Of a stretch of DNA of 64,000 nucleotides, positions 44,390 to 52,454 are shown piece by piece. The stretch is from an uncultured Rikenellaceae bacterium (GTDB taxonomy: Bacteria > Bacteroidota > Bacteroidia > Bacteroidales > VadinHA17), in the NCBI GenBank assembly GCA_964599235.1, contig CAZRDX010000052.1, forward strand, positions 7,235 through 71,234, given 5' to 3'. Positions within the stretch are counted from its first letter, which is position 1. The number at the start of each line of letters is the position of its first letter. The notes under the pieces are model-generated. The model worked only from the letters and a program-made list of their open reading frames with translations. It made no database searches and was not told the origin of the DNA. The translations under genes and the position numbers were made by a program.

Positions 44390-45589
44390 ATGAATTTTTC
44401 CAGAAGAAATGCTCATTCCGGCAGGGTGCTCATGCTGGCCCTGTTCTTTTCTGTTTTCTCTTTCCTGATCTCCTGTCATTCCGGCCCTACGGGACAGGAG
44501 AGTAAAAAGTCGTTCACCGGATATCTCACGACGGCCGGTGACAGCACCGACCGTTTCCAGGTAGCGGTGGTAAAAGGCACGCCTTATGAGATGGGGCAAC
44601 AGCTGGGCACGATGCTGAAGGATGAGATCACCGTCTGTCTGAACACTTTTCTGGCCGCTGCCCGTCAGGAGTCGCCCGAGGCTTTTGGTAATGAAGCTCT
44701 TGACAAGGCCTGGGAGGTGAATTCCCCCTTTATTGACGAACGGGTGAAAGAAGAGATGAAAGGGCTGGCCGATGCGACGGGTCTCGATCTTCAGGATATC
44801 CGGCGTGCCCACATGGTTCCTGTGGTAGGTACCTACTCCTGCAGCGGGGTGGTGGTATGGGGTCCTGCCACGGCCACGGGCCATACTTATCAGATACGCA
44901 ACCTCGATTTCTCCAAGGATGCCGGCCTGCAGGACCATCCTTTGGTGGTGGTCTACGTCCCCGACAGCGGCGCCGTACAGGTAAACGTCTCCTTCGCCGG
45001 ATACATCGCCTCGCACACCGGCATGAACGCCCGTCATCTGGTCTTTGGCGAGATCGGCGAGTCTCCCGCCTCGGAATATCCTTACGATCTGCACGGAGCC
45101 CATTTCAGCTTCCTTTTCCGCAAGATGATGTACGATGCCACCTCGCTGGACGACATCATCCGCACCATCAGGACCACCCCGCTCATCAAGCGTTATTTCC
45201 TCTTTTTCAGCGATGGCCGCGAAGCTTCCCAGGGTGGCGTGAAGGTGCTGGTCTCCACTCCCGACTCGGTCAAGTACCACATCTGGCGTGACAACGATCC
45301 CGACGACATCGATGCACCCAACGTCCTGCCCAACGTGGTGTACAACACCATGAACAACCCCGTGGCCTTCAAGATGCTCAAGGAATATTACGGCCGGTTC
45401 GATGCCGACAAGATGATCGAGCTCTCACGTGCGGTGGCCGACGAGGACGGCAACCTGATGAACGTCGTGTACGACGCTACCACCATGGAGATGTGGATAG
45501 CTTACGCCAACGGTCAGGAAGATGCCTCCCGGCAGGGATATGTCCGTCTTTCCCTGGACGAGCTGCTGGAACAGGCCGGTCTGAAATAG
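44390..45589 (+). CDS. Peptidase C45 / acyl-CoA:6-APA acyltransferase-like Ntn-hydrolase lipoprotein
   Basis: 399-aa ORF with lipobox FLISC. N-terminal VVKGTPYEMGQQLG. The internal Cys in VVGTYSCSGVVVWG is consistent with the self-processing nucleophile. IRNLDF follows. Confidence 0.65.
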   Translation: MNFSRRNAHSGRVLMLALFFSVFSFLISCHSGPTGQESKKSFTGYLTTAGDSTDRFQVAVVKGTPYEMGQQLGTMLKDEITVCLNTFLAAARQESPEAFGNEALDKAWEVNSPFIDERVKEEMKGLADATGLDLQDIRRAHMVPVVGTYSCSGVVVWGPATATGHTYQIRNLDFSKDAGLQDHPLVVVYVPDSGAVQVNVSFAGYIASHTGMNARHLVFGEIGESPASEYPYDLHGAHFSFLFRKMMYDATSLDDIIRTIRTTPLIKRYFLFFSDGREASQGGVKVLVSTPDSVKYHIWRDNDPDDIDAPNVLPNVVYNTMNNPVAFKMLKEYYGRFDADKMIELSRAVADEDGNLMNVVYDATTMEMWIAYANGQEDASRQGYVRLSLDELLEQAGLK

Positions 45590-45604
45590 GACTCTCTCCC
45601 TCCG

Positions 45605-46528
45605 ATGAAAAAGAGACTTTTCCCCCTTTTATGTCTGGTGGTGACAGGTTTCCTTCTGTACCGGCTGTGGGCCGGTCCGGAGGAGACGACCCTGCCTGTC
45701 AGTGAATATTATGCTTACGACCGTCAGATGCCGCTCGATGATTCTGTGCGGCCCGTCACCGACACCACCGCATACGATCTTTATTATGTCACCTACCGCA
45801 GTGTCCACGACCGGCAGGTCACTGCCCTGCTTTCCGTTCCCGTGGGGAGGGAGCGGCCTCTCCCTGTGGTGCTTCTGCTCCATGGCCTGGGCGACCGCAA
45901 GACGGTCGATTATGTGGAGGCGGGCAACCGCTACTTCCTCGATGCCGGTTATGCGGTGATGCGCATCGACATCTGCTGCCACGGCGACAGGAAGACGCAG
46001 GAGTGGGAGTTCGACCTCACCGGCCCGAACCGCTACCGCACCCGCGAGATGATGTCCCAGACCGTTTTCGATCTTCGGCGGGCCCTGGACTTCCTGGCCA
46101 CACGCCCCGAGGTGGACACTTCCCGCATCGGCTTCTTCGGCATCAGCCTCGGCGGCATCATCGGCACCATCTTCTGCGGCGTAGACGACCGGGTCAGGGT
46201 GCCGGTGATCGTGCTGGCCGGCGGCCGGATGAACCTGATGTTCGGCAAGAAAGCCCTCTCGAAGGAGACCCGCAACTATCTCAGCATCATCGACCCTATC
46301 AACTTCGTGCAGATGATCTCCCCCCGTCCCCTGCTGATGATCAACGCCGAACACGACGACATCGTCCCCCCCATCACCAGCCGTCTGCTTTACCGCAAGG
46401 CACGCAAGCCCAAAAGGATCATCTGGTACGATGCCCGTCATCATACCCTGCCCATCAACAAGGCCTATCCGGCGGCGATTAGCTGGTTCGAGACCTGGAT
46501 GCCCCCCGACACGAAGCAGGGGAACTGA
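45605..46528 (+). CDS. Alpha/beta hydrolase (esterase, dienelactone hydrolase/S9-like)
   Basis: 307-aa ORF with a signal/anchor segment, HG oxyanion motif LLLHGLGD, nucleophile elbow GISLGG, and late D and H residues (NAEHDDIVP, DARHH). Confidence 0.8.
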   Translation: MKKRLFPLLCLVVTGFLLYRLWAGPEETTLPVSEYYAYDRQMPLDDSVRPVTDTTAYDLYYVTYRSVHDRQVTALLSVPVGRERPLPVVLLLHGLGDRKTVDYVEAGNRYFLDAGYAVMRIDICCHGDRKTQEWEFDLTGPNRYRTREMMSQTVFDLRRALDFLATRPEVDTSRIGFFGISLGGIIGTIFCGVDDRVRVPVIVLAGGRMNLMFGKKALSKETRNYLSIIDPINFVQMISPRPLLMINAEHDDIVPPITSRLLYRKARKPKRIIWYDARHHTLPINKAYPAAISWFETWMPPDTKQGN

Positions 46529-46555
46529 AACCTCCACCTCCTTTTCCTCTCATCC

Positions 46556-48331
46556 ATGAAAAAAGTCCTGAAGATCACCCTCATCCTCCTGGCGGCATTG
46601 ATGGTGCTTGCATATTTTTATGTGGTCCTTCCGGTATGGGGCATACCTTTCAATGCGAAAAGGCACGGGCCGCCGCCGCTGACGCCGGCCTGGGCGCTGG
46701 AGTGCTGGCTGTGGGAAGATGATGAGAACACGGCCGCCCGTGTGGACGAGCTGCTCAGCGGCTACCGTGCCCACGACATCCCGGTACGCACCATCCTCAT
46801 CGACAGTCCCTGGAGCATGCGTTACAACGACTACACGGTCGACACACTACGCTATCCTCATCCCCGACGGTGGTTCCTGGCCTTGCAGGACAGCGGCTAC
46901 CGGGTGGTACTGTGGACCACCTCCATGGTGAACAGCTACTCGAAAGACACACGGATAAAGGATTCCCGCGACTGGTACGGGATGGCCCGCGACAGCGACT
47001 ATCTTTGCGGTAACGGCTATCAGTTCAAATGGTGGAAAGGACGCGGCGGCTTCATCGACTACACCAACCCCGCCGCCATGCGCTGGTGGCACGGCATGCA
47101 GCAGCAGGTCTTCGACCTCGGCATCGACGGGTGGAAACTCGACGGCACCGCCACCAACTTCTCCTCCCGCCTCGGCCCCCTGCTCCTCTTCTATCAGACC
47201 ACTTTCAAGGGATGGATGACCACCCGCCAGTACATGGACCATTACTACCGTGACGAATATTCTTACGGTCTGCAGCAGAACCCTTCGTTCGTGACCCTCT
47301 CGCGGGCGATGGACCGTCTGTACCATCCTGAGGGCTTTGCGCCGGTCGACGCCTCGCCGGTGAACTGGGTGGGCGACCAGGAACATTACTGGGAGTCGGA
47401 GGAACAACCGGATGAAAAATACCGGGGCACGGAAGGCGATCTGGCCTTCCGTGGCGTGCAGGGCTTTGAGTCGGCCATCCGCAGCATCCTGCGCTCTGCC
47501 CGCCGGGGATACAACATCGTCGGGTCGGACGTGGCGGGTTTTTCCGGCAAACACATCCCTCCCCGCCTCTACATCCGCTGGGCCCAGTTCTCCGCTTTCT
47601 GCGGCCTTTTCCTCAACGGAGGACACGGGGAGAGGGCTTTGTGGAAGAGAAGCGAACAGGAGCTGGAGATCATCCGGGAGTATTCGTGGCTGCATACCGA
47701 GCTGGTCCCCTACATGTACCATTATGTGGTAACGGCCCACCAAGGGGGACGCCGCCTGATGCAGCCGGTACGCGGAGATTACCAGTATCTTTTCGGTGAG
47801 TCGTTGCTGGCAGCACCCATCTACCGCGACCGGCCGGAGCGGGAGGTGCGTCTTCCCGCCGGCACCTGGCGCTACTGGTTCGACGACCGCAAGCTGCTCC
47901 GGGGACCGCAGACCTTCACCCGTTCCTATCCGCTTGACGAGTATCCCCTGTACGTCCGCGAGGGCGCCATCATCCCCGTAAAAGTATCCCGTCCTTACAC
48001 CGGTCTGGGCGACACCGCCTCGAAGGGATACCTCACCTTCCTTGTCTGGCCCGCCGAGGAAGGCCGCTTCGAGGTGTACCGCGAACACGACAGCAGCACC
48101 ATCCTCAGCTACCACCGGGATGAAAGGGGGCTCTCGCTCGTCCTCAGCGGAAAGAAAACACCACACATCCTCCGGATACATCTGGAGACACCCCCTGCCG
48201 GCATCCTGTTCGACGGCAGCCCGCTGCCTGACTCGCTCCGGCAATACGACAGCATCGGAAAAAAGCTCATCCTCCGCAACAGGACCTGGCAAAAGGGAGA
48301 ATATTTGATATCTTTGAGAAGACAACCCTGA
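46556..48331 (+). CDS. GH31-like glycoside hydrolase
   Basis: 591-aa ORF with an N-terminal membrane anchor or signal. GIDGWKLDG and VGSDVAGFSG lie in TIM-barrel positions. The C-terminal VRLPAGTWRYWFDD...YPLYVREGAIIPV is typical of the GH31 distal sandwich. The nucleophile context differs from the canonical WxDxNE. Confidence 0.7.
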   Translation: MKKVLKITLILLAALMVLAYFYVVLPVWGIPFNAKRHGPPPLTPAWALECWLWEDDENTAARVDELLSGYRAHDIPVRTILIDSPWSMRYNDYTVDTLRYPHPRRWFLALQDSGYRVVLWTTSMVNSYSKDTRIKDSRDWYGMARDSDYLCGNGYQFKWWKGRGGFIDYTNPAAMRWWHGMQQQVFDLGIDGWKLDGTATNFSSRLGPLLLFYQTTFKGWMTTRQYMDHYYRDEYSYGLQQNPSFVTLSRAMDRLYHPEGFAPVDASPVNWVGDQEHYWESEEQPDEKYRGTEGDLAFRGVQGFESAIRSILRSARRGYNIVGSDVAGFSGKHIPPRLYIRWAQFSAFCGLFLNGGHGERALWKRSEQELEIIREYSWLHTELVPYMYHYVVTAHQGGRRLMQPVRGDYQYLFGESLLAAPIYRDRPEREVRLPAGTWRYWFDDRKLLRGPQTFTRSYPLDEYPLYVREGAIIPVKVSRPYTGLGDTASKGYLTFLVWPAEEGRFEVYREHDSSTILSYHRDERGLSLVLSGKKTPHILRIHLETPPAGILFDGSPLPDSLRQYDSIGKKLILRNRTWQKGEYLISLRRQP

Positions 48332-48343
48332 AAGCCCGTTGCA

Positions 48344-49369
48344 ATGAAAAGGATCATCACCCTCATCACCGCATCGCTGCTCCTGTTGCCGGCGACAATT
48401 CTGTTCACCTCCTGCAGTCAGCGAAGGTCTTCTGAGGACAGAGGCAAGAGTTCACAACCCGCTCCTGTCACGCAGGCAGAACGTCTGGGATTTCCGGCGG
48501 GCAGCAAGGTGTTGATCCTGCATGCCGACGATGCTGGCATGTGCGAGGAGGCCAACGAGGCTGTCCGGTACCTTCTGGAACACGGTCTCATCCAGTCGAC
48601 ATCGGTGATGGCTCCCTGTCCGGCGGCCGACAGCATGCTGCTTTGGGCCAGGGCCCACCCCGACATGGATGTGGGCATGCATCTGACCCTCACGAGCGAA
48701 TGGCAAAGCTGGCGATGGGGACCGGTGAGCGATCCCGCGACCGTCCCCGGCCTTGTTGATCCCGACGGCATGCTGTGGCACGAGGTGCCCCAGGTGGTGG
48801 CCCACGCCACTCCCGACGAGGTGGAACGTGAGATACGTGCCCAGATCGACAAAGCCATCGCCCTGGGCCACCGTCCCACCCACCTCGACACCCACATGGG
48901 CACCCTCTATGCCTCCCCCGCCTTCGCCGAACGCTTCCTCAAGGTGGCAAAAGAATACCATATCCCCGCCAATGCCATCGACCTCTCCGATACGGCCGTG
49001 GCCCGTCAGTTCAGGGATGCGGGCTACCCCATCGACGACCGGATGATCGGCCTGCTGGAACATTACGACCTGCCCAAACTCGATTTCTTCACCAGCGCCC
49101 CCAAGGGCGAGACCTACAAAGACAAAAAGGAAAAGTTCAAGGCTCTCGTTCGCTCTCTCAGACCGGGTCTTACCGAGATCATTTTCCACCCTGCCGTGGA
49201 AAGCGACCATCTGAAAGAGATCACCAACTCCTGGCAACAAAGGGTCTGGGAATACAGAATGTTCACCGACCCCGAGATGATACGGTTCTTCCGGGAAGAA
49301 AGCATTGTCTTCACCAACTGGATCGAGATCATGCAACGATTTGAGGATCAGAAGAGTAAAAAACAATAA
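48344..49369 (+). CDS. ChbG/YdjC-family carbohydrate deacetylase lipoprotein
   Basis: 341-aa ORF with lipobox ILFTSC. YdjC motifs LILHADDAGM, VGMHLTLTSEW and THLDTHMG. Confidence 0.85.
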   Translation: MKRIITLITASLLLLPATILFTSCSQRRSSEDRGKSSQPAPVTQAERLGFPAGSKVLILHADDAGMCEEANEAVRYLLEHGLIQSTSVMAPCPAADSMLLWARAHPDMDVGMHLTLTSEWQSWRWGPVSDPATVPGLVDPDGMLWHEVPQVVAHATPDEVEREIRAQIDKAIALGHRPTHLDTHMGTLYASPAFAERFLKVAKEYHIPANAIDLSDTAVARQFRDAGYPIDDRMIGLLEHYDLPKLDFFTSAPKGETYKDKKEKFKALVRSLRPGLTEIIFHPAVESDHLKEITNSWQQRVWEYRMFTDPEMIRFFREESIVFTNWIEIMQRFEDQKSKKQ

Positions 49370-49402
49370 CTACGTATTCTCCTACGTAGCAACCTACGTA
49401 GG
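49370..49402. repeat. Three CTACGTA palindromic cores at exact 12-bp spacing, the last two forming a 9-bp hairpin
   Basis: TACGTA at 49371-49376, 49383-49388 and 49395-49400. CCTACGTAG (49381-49389) pairs with CTACGTAGG (49394-49402) around a 4-nt loop. The array starts 1 nt after the TAA stop of the deacetylase gene and lies about 64 nt upstream of the DUF2141 start. Confidence 0.85.
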
Positions 49403-49465
49403 GGGCCTCAAATAACGCAACAACGATCTGTATCACTGTAAGTTATAAAAACTTTCACCGAAAGG

Positions 49466-49960
49466 ATGGACAGGAGGTTCAGGGCAAGGTCGTATTCCGG
49501 GAGAGAGAGGGAGAAGGCCCAAAGGGGTCCCCGGCATCTTCCGTTTGTCCTCCTCATCCTGCTGGCCATGATCATCCTCTCTTCCCGGAGGGGCGAAGGA
49601 GTCGATCTCACCGTACGCATCACCGGCATCCGGGAAGTCAAGGGTCAGATGCAGCTTGGGCTGTACAACCGAGCGGAGGTTTTTCCGAAAGAAGGGAAGC
49701 AGTACCGTCTGGTGGAACGGCCCGTAACGGGCAAGGTGTTCATTTACACTTTCGAACAGCTTCCGGCGGGTGACTATGCGTTGGCGGTCTTCCAGGATCT
49801 TGACCGGGACGGGCTGATTGACAAGAACATGCTGGGTATCCCCACCGAGCCGTACGGTTTTTCCAACAATGTCCGTCCGCGTCTCTCGGCGCCTGCTTTT
49901 TCGCGGGCGCGCATCCGTCTGAACAGCGACACTACCATCGTGATCTCGCTCATTCACTGA
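49466..49960 (+). CDS. DUF2141 domain protein
   Basis: 164-aa ORF with an N-terminal anchor. GQMQLGLYN, GDYALAVFQDLDRDGLIDKNMLGIPTEPYGFSNN and APAFSRARI match the DUF2141 pattern. Confidence 0.8.
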   Translation: MDRRFRARSYSGREREKAQRGPRHLPFVLLILLAMIILSSRRGEGVDLTVRITGIREVKGQMQLGLYNRAEVFPKEGKQYRLVERPVTGKVFIYTFEQLPAGDYALAVFQDLDRDGLIDKNMLGIPTEPYGFSNNVRPRLSAPAFSRARIRLNSDTTIVISLIH

Positions 49961-49964
49961 TCTC

Positions 49965-51488
49965 TCATCTGGCCCAGGCGGGGAGGGCCATGCCGTGGAG
50001 ATGCAAGGCTCCCCATCCCAGCAGGTGGATATAAAAGTAGATGGTGAGCACGCCGGCCATGTTGAGCCAGAAACCGGTACGTATCATCGTACGGATCGGT
50101 ATCCTTCCGCTCCCGAAGACGATGGCATTGGGCGGTGTGGCCGTCGGCAGCATGAAAGCCAGCGAGGCTGCCATCGTCACCGGCACCATGACCATCAGCG
50201 GGTTCATGCCGATGCTCACGGCCAGACCGGCAAAGACCGGCAGCAGCATCTGGGTGGATGCCGTGTTGGAGGTAAGCTCCGTAAGGAACGACATCATCGT
50301 GATGATCGTCAGCAGGATCACCACCTGTCCGAAAGCACCCATGAAACGCAGCGACTCACCGAACCATACGGAGAGGCCGGAGACCTCGAACCCTTTGGCC
50401 AGGGCAAAACCTCCGCCGAACAGAAGGATCATGTTCCACGGCAGACGGTTGGCCGTGCTCCAGTCGAGGATCCTGTCGCCGGGACGGCTGCGCGAAGGGA
50501 TGAGGAAAAGCAGCACTGCCACAGCCACCGCCACGGTGCCATCATGGATGTACTCGGGATGACCGAACCAGGCGGCCCATCCCCGGATACGGAACCCTCC
50601 GAAGTCGATCCCCGCCCTGGTGATCCACAGCAGAGCCAGCACCAGGAAGAGGATACCCACCATCTTCTCTTCGTAGGTGCCGCGTCCCAGCTTACCGTAT
50701 TCCGTACGGAACGTACTGAGCTCCACCCTCTCCCACCGCTGCCTGGGACGATACATGAAATACAGCAATGACCAGGCGATGACCAGCATGGTCAGGCTCA
50801 CCGGCAGTCCCAGGATCATCCATTCGGAAAAAGTGATCTCCGGCGCCTCGGGGAAAAGGATGCTGAGCTGTTTGACCAGCACGAGATTGGGCGGTGTACC
50901 CACCAGGGTGGCCATTCCCCCGATCGAGGCGGCATAGGCAATGCCCAGGAACACAGCGATCGAATAGCGGTCGATCTCGGACTTACCCACCGTCTCCTCC
51001 AGTTCCAGCACGATGGAGAGGGCGATGGGCAGCATCATCATCGCCGTGGCGGTGTTGGAGATCCACATCGAGAGGAAGGCCGTGGCCACCATGAAGCCCA
51101 TCAGCATCCGGCCCGGCCCTACCCCCACCACCAGCAGAATCCTCAGGGCAATGCGTTTATGGAGGTTCCATTTTTCCATGGCCAGGGCCATCATGAAACC
51201 GCCCAGGAAAAGGAAAATGATGTCGTTGAAGTAGGTCCCCGCCACCACCTTGGCATTCAGGATACCCATCAGCGGGAAAAGCACGACGGGCAGCAGGGCC
51301 GTGACGGCCAGCGGCACCGCCTCGGTGACCCACCACACTGCCATCAGTGCCGCAATGGCCAGCATGCGCGTCACCTCCGGATGCCCGGGCTTAAGGTCCA
51401 GGAACGACCAGATCAACACATAGGACAACAACCCAAGAAAAATCCCCCACAGGGAAACATCACGGGACAAACCCTTCACACGTACCAT
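49965..51488 (-). CDS. DASS/SLC13-family sodium-coupled anion (di/tricarboxylate or sulfate) symporter
   Basis: 507-aa polytopic ORF. SNTATAMMMLPIA and SNTASTQMLLPV hairpin motifs, and PPNAIVFGSG. Confidence 0.85.
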   Translation of the reverse strand: MVRVKGLSRDVSLWGIFLGLLSYVLIWSFLDLKPGHPEVTRMLAIAALMAVWWVTEAVPLAVTALLPVVLFPLMGILNAKVVAGTYFNDIIFLFLGGFMMALAMEKWNLHKRIALRILLVVGVGPGRMLMGFMVATAFLSMWISNTATAMMMLPIALSIVLELEETVGKSEIDRYSIAVFLGIAYAASIGGMATLVGTPPNLVLVKQLSILFPEAPEITFSEWMILGLPVSLTMLVIAWSLLYFMYRPRQRWERVELSTFRTEYGKLGRGTYEEKMVGILFLVLALLWITRAGIDFGGFRIRGWAAWFGHPEYIHDGTVAVAVAVLLFLIPSRSRPGDRILDWSTANRLPWNMILLFGGGFALAKGFEVSGLSVWFGESLRFMGAFGQVVILLTIITMMSFLTELTSNTASTQMLLPVFAGLAVSIGMNPLMVMVPVTMAASLAFMLPTATPPNAIVFGSGRIPIRTMIRTGFWLNMAGVLTIYFYIHLLGWGALHLHGMALPAWAR

Positions 51489-51501
51489 GGATCACCTCCT
51501 T
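51489..51501 (-). promoter_or_regulatory. Perfect extended Shine-Dalgarno AAGGAGGTGATCC abutting the DASS start codon
   Basis: The + strand reads GGATCACCTCCTT, identical to the conserved 3-prime end of 16S rRNA. On the - strand this gives AAGGAGGTGATCC followed immediately by ATG (51488-51486), with GGAGG 6 nt from the ATG. Confidence 0.8.
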
Positions 51502-51609
51502 CCGGTTGAGCGTTTTGTGATCCTAAAATTATCGAAAATTCTCTCCTTTTGATCACAGGATTTTCTTATTTCAGGGAAGGAGAGTATATTTCGTTCATTA
51601 TTTCCTATT

Positions 51610-52095
51610 ATGTCATCCTCACGAACAAGGAAGAGGAGGGTACTGATCCTGGGCATCGGCAATTACCTGATGGGTGATGAAGGGGTGGGGATCCATGCGG
51701 TCCGTTATCTGGAAGAGCACAACTGGCAGGAAAAGGCAGATATCCTGGACGGAGGTACGGGAGGATTACCGTTGCTCTCGTTGTTCAGCCGTTATGAGCG
51801 GGTCATCCTTATCGATGCCACGGCCGACGGTTCAACGCCCGGCACGGTAAAGGTACGCCGGCCCCGTTTTGCCGCCGACTACCCTCCTTCCCTCGGTGCC
51901 CATGATCTGGGCCTGAAAGACCTGGTCGAAGCGGCCACCCTGTTGGACGAGCTCCCGCTCATCGACTTGGTGACCATCAGCATCCGACCGGAGGACCGGC
52001 TCTCCACCCGACTCTCCGAAGCGGTGCAAAAAGCCCTCCCCGTCGCAGAGAAAAAAGTGAGTGAACTGCTCAGGGATAAAGAATCCCAAAGGTGA
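51610..52095 (+). CDS. hyaD: [NiFe] hydrogenase maturation endopeptidase (HyaD/HybD family)
   Basis: 161-aa ORF. VLILGIGNYLMGDEGVGIHAV, ILIDA and LGAHD motifs. Confidence 0.9.
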   Translation: MSSSRTRKRRVLILGIGNYLMGDEGVGIHAVRYLEEHNWQEKADILDGGTGGLPLLSLFSRYERVILIDATADGSTPGTVKVRRPRFAADYPPSLGAHDLGLKDLVEAATLLDELPLIDLVTISIRPEDRLSTRLSEAVQKALPVAEKKVSELLRDKESQR

Positions 52096-52159
52096 CCCTC
52101 CTCATTGGATACTTTTCGGTTTTTTGTTACTTTTAGTACGAACAAAAAATTTTCAGAAC

Positions 52160-52417
52160 ATGTGTCTGGCCGTACCTGGTAAGATCATCTCCATTGACGA
52201 CAGCGATCCGGAGATGAAGATGGCGAAGGTCGATTTTGACGGAATGGTAACCGACATCTGTATCCAGTGGCTTCCTGAGAAGGTGAAGGTGGGGGATTAT
52301 GTGCTTGCGCATGTGGGCATGGCGCTGAACAGGATCGATGAGGAGGAGGCGTTGCAGACGCTGGAGGCGTTGCGACAGATGGGTGAGCCGGATGAAGGTA
52401 CGGTCCCGCCCTCGTAA
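52160..52417 (+). CDS. hypC: Hydrogenase assembly chaperone HypC/HupF family
   Basis: ORF 52061-52417 trimmed to ATG 52160, giving the canonical N-terminus MCLAVPGKIISI. 85 aa. VGDYVLAHVGMAL motif. Confidence 0.9.
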   Translation: MCLAVPGKIISIDDSDPEMKMAKVDFDGMVTDICIQWLPEKVKVGDYVLAHVGMALNRIDEEEALQTLEALRQMGEPDEGTVPPS

Positions 52418-52454
52418 GTGCCGGTGCTGCGGCGCCGGCCAGCATATTTCCGCG

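Noticed and set aside
39056-46000. Impression that the susD and C45 region is lower in GC than the enzyme array, which might indicate horizontal acquisition.
   Set aside because: Hand counts of individual 60-nt lines ranged from 48 to 67 percent within the same genes, so no consistent shift could be shown. A sliding-window GC and codon-usage computation would be needed before any claim.
51516-51557. Inverted repeat TGTGATC (51516-51522) / GATCACA (51551-51557) upstream of the hydrogenase maturation genes, reminiscent of CRP/FNR half-sites TGTGA and TCACA.
   Set aside because: The half-sites are 28 bp apart, not the 6-bp spacing of a single CRP/FNR dimer site. The arms are only 7 bp in an AT-rich region. 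I did not feel able to call it a binding site.
52096-52159. A/T-only inverted repeat TTTTTTGTT ... AACAAAAAA between the protease gene and hypC.
   Set aside because: The stem is purely A:T with a 12-nt loop, so predicted stability is very low. It is likely just an AT-rich spacer.
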